64,000 nt of DNA, from the IMG/VR virus record IMGVR_UViG_3300010397_000041, positions 28,426 to 92,425 of that record; one strand, 5' to 3'. The first letter of the stretch is position 1. Every line of letters starts with the position of its first letter. The translations under genes were made by a program, and so were the position numbers. Positions 18,056 through 25,045 of this stretch are shown piece by piece. This DNA comes from a virus. The notes beneath the pieces are model-generated. The model searched no databases and had not been told where the DNA came from. It saw only the letters and a list, made by a program, of their open reading frames with translations.

Positions 18056-20041
18056 CTATGCGGCGGCGGGCGGGTCCAGCGCGTCGAGCTGCCGCTGAAT
18101 CTCGGCCCGCATCGCCGGGTCGGCGCCGGGGGCGTCACGCATCGCGCGCAGCACGCCCTTCTTCACGTCCGCCTCCGCTGTCTTTGCGAGCTCGGCGGGC
18201 GACACCGGAGGCTGCACTCGCGTCCTGGCAGGGCCGCCCGGCCTCGGCGTCTCGTGCAGCGTGGCCTTCACCTCTGCCAGCCCCTGCGCGAGGGGCTCCA
18301 TGGCCTTCGTGATGGCGTCGCCGAACTGCGCCGCGAGGTCGGCACTCACCCGTGCGGTGATCGCCTTCGTCAGCGTATCGGTGTCGGTGGTGCTGGCCGC
18401 CTTCGCCATGTCAGGCTCGGCGGGGGTCTCGGTGCCGGCCTCGCCGGCGTGGGTCGCGGCCGCGGCCGCGGCCGCCTTCTTCAGGCGCTTCCGCATCTTC
18501 TTCGCGGCCTTTTCGGCGGCAGCCTTCATCAGGTCGGGGGTGCCGGCCTTCTCGGCGCCGTCCTCGGTCGGCTCGGACAGCGCGCCGGCGTCAGGCTCGG
18601 TCATGTGCTTGATCTCCATGGCTTCGTTCCTCATGAACCAGGTCACGAGCTCCGCCGCCTGCGCGAGCAGCGCGATGTCCGCCACCTCGCCGAGCTCGCC
18701 GAGGAACAGGCCCATCGCCTCGGAGCGGATCAGGCACGCCAGGCCCTGGATGACGGCCTTCGCGGCCGCGATGTCGTCCATCTCGGACGCGGCCGCGGCG
18801 TTGTCGGTGAGCTGCAGCCCGCCTTCGTCGCCGTCGTCGGCCTTGACCACGTCGGGCGCCGTAGCCTTCTCCTTCGGCTTGGTGGAGCCGGGCCAGTCGG
18901 CGGGCAGCAGGTCCGTCGCGTCGAGGGCCTTTGCGCGATCGGTGATGTGCTTCTTCGCGGCCGCCGGGTCCTTCGCACGGCCGAACGCCTGGATCGCGTC
19001 GTTGAGCTGGGCCCGGTTCTGGATCGGGAACCCGCCCGACGGCATCGCCTCGCCCGCGGCGGCCGCGTCCTCGCGCTCGCCGGCGGTGAACTTCCGCTTC
19101 TCGAGCTCGGTGGCGACCGCCTTGATCAGCGTGTCGAAGTCGGGCTCGACGGCCTTGCTCGAGGACTTCGCGCTGCCGGTGTCGTCGGCGTCCTCGCTGT
19201 CGGGCTTGCCGTCCCCGTCGTCGTCCTCATCGTCCCGGTTGTGGACACCGTCGCCGTCAGGGTCGGAGCCGCCCTGGCCGCCGTCCTCCGATTGGAAGGG
19301 CTTGGCCTTCCGGCCACCGAACTTGCCGGCCTTCTTCCGCTTCGCCAGCGTCTCCGGATCCGCGGCGTCCGGGTCGTCAGGGTTGGCGACGACGGAGGGG
19401 GCGGTGAGCTGGTCGACCAGGGCGGCGGTCATCGGCAGCACCCGACCATCCGAGGTCTTGAGCAGCATCTGTGGGCCGGGCGCGACAGGGACCGCATCGA
19501 CCGCCTTCTCGACCTCGTCGCCTTCGACGAACTCGGGGCTGTCGACGAGGTCGAGCGAGCCGGTCGCCTTGTTCAGCGCGGCCATGCGAAACAGCGCCGA
19601 CGGCAGCGAGGGCCGGTCGACGGCGCTGACTTCGATCACGTCGCCCCGGCAAACCTTCCCGTTGGGCGCGTCGGTGGCCTTGGCAAGGCCGTAGTTCGCG
19701 ACACCGACCGAGAATCCGGTCAGGATTCCGTGCTCGATCTTCGCTTCGGCGACCGGGTCGACGATCTTCGCCCGCATGTGCCACGAGTGGTCGTCGGTCT
19801 CCCAGACCTCGACCGCCTTACCAATCGGCCGTTGGGCCGAGTGGCCCTCGCGGACATTCCCACCTGACGGCCCGTGCATGTACGCCGGGATCGCGGCCTT
19901 GAGCCACGTCGGGTCCATGCGCTGGCCGTCGGAGTCCAGGTCCGGGCCGGTGAACTTGCCCTCTACCCAGAGGATGCCGGCTTCGTCGCGTTCCTTGCGC
20001 AGGAACGGGGTGTAGATGTCCAGACGCTCAGCAACGGGCAT
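18056..20041 (-). CDS. HK97-family prohead protease fused to scaffold
   Basis: DSDGQRMD, GNVREGH, GILTGFSVG, IEVSAVDRP motifs; long acidic/Ala-Lys C-terminal region. Confidence 0.88.
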   Translation of the reverse strand: MPVAERLDIYTPFLRKERDEAGILWVEGKFTGPDLDSDGQRMDPTWLKAAIPAYMHGPSGGNVREGHSAQRPIGKAVEVWETDDHSWHMRAKIVDPVAEAKIEHGILTGFSVGVANYGLAKATDAPNGKVCRGDVIEVSAVDRPSLPSALFRMAALNKATGSLDLVDSPEFVEGDEVEKAVDAVPVAPGPQMLLKTSDGRVLPMTAALVDQLTAPSVVANPDDPDAADPETLAKRKKAGKFGGRKAKPFQSEDGGQGGSDPDGDGVHNRDDEDDDGDGKPDSEDADDTGSAKSSSKAVEPDFDTLIKAVATELEKRKFTAGEREDAAAAGEAMPSGGFPIQNRAQLNDAIQAFGRAKDPAAAKKHITDRAKALDATDLLPADWPGSTKPKEKATAPDVVKADDGDEGGLQLTDNAAAASEMDDIAAAKAVIQGLACLIRSEAMGLFLGELGEVADIALLAQAAELVTWFMRNEAMEIKHMTEPDAGALSEPTEDGAEKAGTPDLMKAAAEKAAKKMRKRLKKAAAAAAATHAGEAGTETPAEPDMAKAASTTDTDTLTKAITARVSADLAAQFGDAITKAMEPLAQGLAEVKATLHETPRPGGPARTRVQPPVSPAELAKTAEADVKKGVLRAMRDAPGADPAMRAEIQRQLDALDPPAAA

Positions 20042-20099
20042 GGTGAAACCACCTCGCGGGTGTTAGACCAGCCGCGCGAGGGGCTGGGAGAATGGAGAG

Positions 20100-20429
20100 A
20101 TGAGCGACGACAGCCCGCAGTACGAGCCACTCGCGGCCGGCGGCGCAGTGAAAGCGACTGCCTACCTGCCCGACTTCGATCGGTGTGAACTCGCCATCGC
20201 CAACCCGCAGATCAGTGACCGGGGTGTGGTCGATGGCGGCCGGCTCGTAGAGGTCTCGCTACCGAAAGACATCGCGGCGAAGCTGACGCCCGGCCTGCTG
20301 CATGGGCTGTCGGTTGGGCAGACCGCTGATCGGGTCATCCCGCATTGGAACCGCACATCGATGCCGATCGACGCGCCAGCGCTCGGGATGCTGACAGATA
20401 CCGACGAGCCGGAGACGGATCAGCCGTAG
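20100..20429 (+). CDS. Small antisense-oriented protein with permuted prohead-protease-like motifs
   Basis: GGAGA RBS; GGRLVEVSL and AKLTPGLLHGLSVG resemble motifs of the adjacent protease. Confidence 0.6.
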   Translation: MSDDSPQYEPLAAGGAVKATAYLPDFDRCELAIANPQISDRGVVDGGRLVEVSLPKDIAAKLTPGLLHGLSVGQTADRVIPHWNRTSMPIDAPALGMLTDTDEPETDQP

Positions 20430-20686
20430 AGCATCCCGAGTAGCGCCGGATACTCCCCGCCGGTCGGTGCAGGTTCGGTCTCGGCCGGGCCCAGCGCGCG
20501 CTCGACCGCGTCGACGAGCCGGCCGAGCTCCCGCACCCGGCTGAGCGTCGGCCGGTCGGTCAGCGCGGTGGCCGCGACGGTCAGCAGCGCGTCCGCCAGC
20601 GGGACGGCCAGCGGGCTGGGGTCCCGCTGCAGTGCGATGCGGGCCTCGTGGACGCGGGCGCCGAGATCGTCAGGATCCGCCCGCAT
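20420..20686 (-). CDS. Hypothetical helical protein
   Basis: GAGGAG RBS; overlaps the upstream gene end. Confidence 0.55.
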   Translation of the reverse strand: MRADPDDLGARVHEARIALQRDPSPLAVPLADALLTVAATALTDRPTLSRVRELGRLVDAVERALGPAETEPAPTGGEYPALLGMLYG

Positions 20687-21110
20687 CGGCGCTCTCCTCG
20701 GACTCGGGGGCGTCGAGGCGCATCTGCTTGTCGCGCGCTGCGATCTCCCAGCGGGAGAAGGCGGTATAAACGTCGCGCTCGTCCTTCCACCCGTCCGATG
20801 GGAAGACCATCGCCGGAATCGACGGGTCCCTGCAGAGCACAGCGGCATAGACCCGGTGCTGGCCGTCTATGCCGACCATAGAGCCGCTTTTCCGGACTCC
20901 GACGATCACCCGCTTGGACTGACGGTCGGCCTCGGACAGTTTCATCAGCGCAGCGACCTTGTCAGGGTCGAGTGGGCGCTGGCTGTGGACCCGGTCGAAC
21001 ATGATCAGCTGAGGGTCCAGGTAGACCGGCGACAGCTCGTCGTCGTCGAGGCCCAGGTCGGCGGCGGTGTACGTCGTCGGGTGGTTGTGTTCGCCGTCCT
21101 GGTCAGCCAT
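20670..21110 (-). CDS. ParB/Srx-fold DGQHR-motif protein
   Basis: SQRPLDPDKV...IDGQHRVYAA. Confidence 0.7.
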   Translation of the reverse strand: MADQDGEHNHPTTYTAADLGLDDDELSPVYLDPQLIMFDRVHSQRPLDPDKVAALMKLSEADRQSKRVIVGVRKSGSMVGIDGQHRVYAAVLCRDPSIPAMVFPSDGWKDERDVYTAFSRWEIAARDKQMRLDAPESEESADAGGS

Positions 21111-21483
21111 CGGCGGGCACCGGGTCGCCGAGGAACGTCACCGTGTTGCCGGCCCTGACGGACCGCTGGTCCGCTTCGGGGATGTCCAGCGGTGGCATGT
21201 CCAGCGCAGCGCGCGCCTCGTTGACCGTCATCCGTCCGGTTCCGACCTCGGCCGCGAGTCGGCGGTCCTCGAACTCGTGCCAGGCACGCCACTGGGCGTC
21301 CGACATGGGGACGAGCGAGTAGGCGATCTGGTTCTGATCGTCCGGGTTCGGCAGGGTGACGATCAGGTCGACGGTGACAGCCGTGCGGTTGGGCCACGCG
21401 ATAGTGAGAGTCACCTCGCCGGGGGCGACGGCTATCCCGGTTGGCCGAACCGGCGAGACGCTGATCTCAGGCAGGTCAGACAC
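21103..21483 (-). CDS. Small protein carrying a portal C-terminal-like segment
   Basis: GRMTVNEARAALDMPPLDIPEAD aligns with the window's portal; GGAGG RBS. Confidence 0.7.
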   Translation of the reverse strand: MSDLPEISVSPVRPTGIAVAPGEVTLTIAWPNRTAVTVDLIVTLPNPDDQNQIAYSLVPMSDAQWRAWHEFEDRRLAAEVGTGRMTVNEARAALDMPPLDIPEADQRSVRAGNTVTFLGDPVPADG

Positions 21484-21817
21484 GGGGACCTCCGAAGCCG
21501 GGGCCGTTGCGCAGCCTCTGCCGTTGGATCTCTTGCCACAGCCGCTGGCCGTCGATGTGAACCGGTGTGCCGTCGGGGAGGGAACCGATCGGGGCGCGCC
21601 GCTGGATCGCGTCGACCTTGGCGTGCAGCGCGGCGAGGGCCTGCTCGTGGGCGTCGTGGCGAGCGTGCAGCTCGTCGCGATGCCGGGCGAGGTGTACACG
21701 CATCCGCCAGACGGCGAGGGCGCCGGCGGGGGCCGCCCAGATCGCCGAGGCGATCAGGTTCGACCAGATGCCGCCAGCCGGCCACGCGAAGAACACGTCG
21801 AGAAGATGCACAGGCAT
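21476..21817 (-). CDS. Membrane protein carrying a tape-measure C-terminal-like segment
   Basis: GAGGAG RBS; N-terminal TM; VHIDGQRLWQEIQRQRLRN aligns with the TMP C-terminus. Confidence 0.65.
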   Translation of the reverse strand: MPVHLLDVFFAWPAGGIWSNLIASAIWAAPAGALAVWRMRVHLARHRDELHARHDAHEQALAALHAKVDAIQRRAPIGSLPDGTPVHIDGQRLWQEIQRQRLRNGPGFGGPRV

Positions 21818-21827
21818 CTCCTCACGG

Positions 21828-22103
21828 TCAGAACCTGGCGCCAGGCGGGGCGTCGCTCTCAAGGTCGAACACGGGTGGGGATCCGGTCGGGGTCATGCCC
21901 TTGCTGGCCAGCCAGAGGAACACGGTCGGCTCGTCGTCGAGGGCGAGCGGAACGCGCGGCCCGGTGGCGGTATATCGGACGAGGACGCCGCGGGCAGCTT
22001 CACGGCGAGCGCGGATGGTGACGGGCTCCGGCCAGTCGACAGGGCCGCCGTCCCAGCGCAGCGTGCGATGCCGCCCGTACAACTCCCCCGCCATCTCCCA
22101 CAT
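21828..22103 (-). CDS. Small protein, candidate immunity partner of the MuF extension
   Basis: Starts 4 nt after the MuF stop; function inferred from position only. Confidence 0.5.
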   Translation of the reverse strand: MWEMAGELYGRHRTLRWDGGPVDWPEPVTIRARREAARGVLVRYTATGPRVPLALDDEPTVFLWLASKGMTPTGSPPVFDLESDAPPGARF

Positions 22104-22107
22104 GCCT

Positions 22108-23919
22108 TTACAATACCGCCCAAAGGCCGAGAATGAAATACAGATAATCCTCGTCCTGCGCGAGCATCATCGGGTCATCTGATGATCCGATAAGCATTTC
22201 CGAGCCCATCGACGCGACTTCCCAACCGTCCGAGGGCGAGTCGCTGTAAACCCTGCCGATGTAGGGGTCTTTGAACTCGTCGGGGCGGGACATTTCGTCC
22301 GCGTCGTAGGGTTCAGGTGACAGCGCCCGCATGGACCTTTTACGGCCCAACCGGGTCCACGTTCGGACACCATCGACGAGGTGGCTGTTCCGGTCGGCCC
22401 AGAACACCCATTGGGCGCCGACGATACCTGGCACGGCCCACTCCATCATGTGGGCCAGCTCGTGAACCGCGATCACGTCGCTGTCCATCATCGCAACGAC
22501 GATCTTAGGGGTTTTCCCTTTCGCGCCAGCCGAGAAGTAGGCCCGGCCGCGCTGCTTCATTGCCGCGCGGAGCGGTGCCTTGTCGGAGGCGCGCCGCACC
22601 CAGTCTGACGGAAAATGGCGCAGCATCCGGGAGATCCGTCGCTGTGCCGCTTCGGCCGACGACTCGGTGAAGGCGATCTGGCCGCCCATGGGCCGCAGGT
22701 CACCGAGGACTTGAAGCCGGACGTCGGCCAGACGGCCGGAGATCTGGTCACGGCGCTGCTCGGCGGCTTGCAGGTCGTCCAACGCCCGCTCGTATCGCTG
22801 GCGCAGGTCGTCGACGTGCGCCTGATCGGGCGTCGCCTCAGCGGCGGCCTGCTCGAGCTGGTCGCCGAGACGTTCGGCGTCGGCTTCCAGTGCCGCGATC
22901 CGCTGGGCCAGCGCTTCCTGTTCGGCGAGCTGCACCGCCAGTCTCTGCCGCGCTTCCTGTTCGATCTGCTTTCCGACGTCGCGCAGGACGTTGACCTTCG
23001 CGATCGACGCTTGGTCGGGTAGCCCCTGGGTGTCGGCGTCGTACACCGGTTTGCCGTCTTGGAGGATCGTGCCGATCCGCTCCGGGTCGCCGATCTCGCT
23101 TCGGGCGTTGTTCACAGCGTCCTGGAGCCGCCCTGTCGACCTGTGGGGGGTCGGCGACGCGGCTGGGCGGGGGCTGTCGACGGCGTCGGGTGGCATGCTG
23201 GCATGCCGCGGCGTCGGCTCGTCCGCCAGGCCCGTCTCGTCGTCGGCCGTCTCGTCGTCGGACTCTGCGCCGGCGTCGTCCTCGGCGATGTCGTCGTCTT
23301 CGAGATCGTCGGCGGCGTCCAACTCGCCGCCGGCTTCGCCGTCCAGGCCGAAGTCGGACAGGCTGTAGCCCATCGAGGTCAGATCCGCCGGGGTCAGGTA
23401 ATCCGCCGTTACTGCGCACCGGCATTTCGGATGGGTCGGCGGCCAGCCATTAGGTGGTTCATCGTTCACGGGGATCGGCCCGGCGTCCTCGTTCTCCTGG
23501 CAAAGAGCACACACGCGAAGATCGTTGGAGCTGAGCACCGAGGCGGCGGGGAATCCTGCATCCCGGTAGGACGCGAGACTGGCCGCCGTCATCGCCCGGG
23601 CCATCTCAGTGGTGGCAACCATCTCCGCCCACGCCGGGTCGTCCAAAACTCCTTGCAGCGTGCGGGCAAGCTCGTCAGACGAAGCGCCGCGGGCAACAGC
23701 GTCCGACACAGCGCCTGACAGCTTGTCGAGCCGGTTGTCTTCGATCGAGGCGAGCAGGCTCCCGCGTTGCGCGGCCCGGTCGGACCAGGAGGCGTCGCGG
23801 CCTACGGCCTGGGCGATGAGCTGGTCCTGCTGGCGGGCGAGACGTGCGGCTGGCTCGTGGCCCGGCGTCCAGCTGTCCCAGTCGATCGAGGACTCGACGA
23901 TGGGCGCGGCCACGGTCAC
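22108..23919 (-). CDS. MuF (SPP1 gp7-like) minor head protein with C-terminal HEXXH domain
   Basis: MVATTEMARA, RVCALC, PPTHPKCRC MuF motifs; VHELAH...EVASMG in the extension. Confidence 0.82.
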   Translation of the reverse strand: MTVAAPIVESSIDWDSWTPGHEPAARLARQQDQLIAQAVGRDASWSDRAAQRGSLLASIEDNRLDKLSGAVSDAVARGASSDELARTLQGVLDDPAWAEMVATTEMARAMTAASLASYRDAGFPAASVLSSNDLRVCALCQENEDAGPIPVNDEPPNGWPPTHPKCRCAVTADYLTPADLTSMGYSLSDFGLDGEAGGELDAADDLEDDDIAEDDAGAESDDETADDETGLADEPTPRHASMPPDAVDSPRPAASPTPHRSTGRLQDAVNNARSEIGDPERIGTILQDGKPVYDADTQGLPDQASIAKVNVLRDVGKQIEQEARQRLAVQLAEQEALAQRIAALEADAERLGDQLEQAAAEATPDQAHVDDLRQRYERALDDLQAAEQRRDQISGRLADVRLQVLGDLRPMGGQIAFTESSAEAAQRRISRMLRHFPSDWVRRASDKAPLRAAMKQRGRAYFSAGAKGKTPKIVVAMMDSDVIAVHELAHMMEWAVPGIVGAQWVFWADRNSHLVDGVRTWTRLGRKRSMRALSPEPYDADEMSRPDEFKDPYIGRVYSDSPSDGWEVASMGSEMLIGSSDDPMMLAQDEDYLYFILGLWAVL

Positions 23920-24174
23920 CTACCCGGGCAGCAGCTCGCGGGACGACACCCGCACCTCGCCGGTGCTGTGGTCCTTCTCCAGCCAGACGCCGACCTTGCG
24001 GCCCTCAAAGTCGGCCGGAGCATCGTCGTCCTCGACGACCGTCGTTCTGCTGGCATGGCCGCCATCGGCCGGGCCGTGCCAGCGCGGGCCGGCTTCGATG
24101 AAGCGGAAGCCGGCGGGGAGTTGCAGGTCCTGGTCGAGGATCACTTCGGCTACGTCGACGAGGTACCGGGTCAC
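23920..24174 (-). CDS. Hypothetical protein
   Basis: GAGGTG RBS; abuts the MuF start. Confidence 0.55.
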   Translation of the reverse strand: MTRYLVDVAEVILDQDLQLPAGFRFIEAGPRWHGPADGGHASRTTVVEDDDAPADFEGRKVGVWLEKDHSTGEVRVSSRELLPG

Positions 24175-24234
24175 AGGTCACCTCAGTGGTGCGTGCTGGC
24201 GCCGGGACCGCCTCAAGGACCGGCGCCAGCACGG

Positions 24235-24501
24235 TCAGTCGGCCGGCGGCGTCCACCCCAGTTGGATCAGCGCTTCACGGGTCGTATCGGGGAGGACCAC
24301 CCGGGCCTCGTCGACCTGGACGTCGACCGCGCCGAGCAGGACCAGATCGACCGTCAGCGTGGGCAGCTGCTGCGGGTCTGGAGCCGCCAGGGTGAAACCG
24401 ACAGCCGCATCGGCGAGGTCGATGTCGTCGTCGACAACCAGCCGGCCGCCGGGTTTGCCCGGTCCGGGCAGGTGGATGCGGGCGCGATGCTGGTTGGCCA
24501 C
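24235..24501 (-). CDS. Hypothetical protein
   Basis: AGGAGG RBS; beta-rich. Confidence 0.65.
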   Translation of the reverse strand: MANQHRARIHLPGPGKPGGRLVVDDDIDLADAAVGFTLAAPDPQQLPTLTVDLVLLGAVDVQVDEARVVLPDTTREALIQLGWTPPAD

Positions 24502-24511
24502 GGCCGCCTCC

Positions 24512-25045
24512 TTAGAAGATGCTGCGGCCGCCGCGTGGCGCGCCGGGCGCTTCTCTCATCAGCTGGTCGAGGCCGCGTCGCTCCCGGTGCCGTTTCCGGT
24601 GCTGCCGATCGTCCTGGCCGCCCGGCGTCGCTGCCTTGACCGCCGGTGCCGGCTGGTGGTGCAGCCTCGGCGGATCGAGCGGCACAGGCTTCGGCGCGGC
24701 TTTGGCCTGCGCTCGCCGCACTGCGTCGTCGGCCGCCAGTTCCCCGGCCGCCCAGCCGGCCCGGTAGCAGTCCCTCAGAGCCGGGCCCAACGCGCCTTTG
24801 CGGGCGTGTTGGTCGAGGATCAGCCGGATCTCGTGCCGCAGGATCTGCGGGTCGGTGGTCGTCCCGCCGGGCCAGCGGGCCGCGAGGACGCGGGCGACGG
24901 CTTCCGGGTCAATAAGTCGGCTGGCAGCCTGGGATACCCGCTCGGCGTAGCGCGGGTTCAGCGCGTCGTGCGCCTGGAAGCCGATCCACTGCGCCCGCTC
25001 CCTGGTCAGGTCGCGGGCTTGCGGCTCGCCCCCCGCCACCACCAC
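24512..25045 (-). CDS. MuF N-terminal-like region overlapping the portal end; possibly a frameshifted portal extension
   Basis: ALRDCYRAGWAAGELAA helix typical of MuF N-termini; no clear RBS; +1 frame relative to portal at a G6 run. Confidence 0.5.
   Translation of the reverse strand: MVVAGGEPQARDLTRERAQWIGFQAHDALNPRYAERVSQAASRLIDPEAVARVLAARWPGGTTTDPQILRHEIRLILDQHARKGALGPALRDCYRAGWAAGELAADDAVRRAQAKAAPKPVPLDPPRLHHQPAPAVKAATPGGQDDRQHRKRHRERRGLDQLMREAPGAPRGGRSIF

Noticed and set aside
17801-19867. Long + strand ORFs opposite structural genes (also 4091-5671, 6570-8084, 16108-17559, 25263-27269)
   Set aside because: Shadow frames expected in high-GC DNA; the - strand frames carry the recognisable motifs
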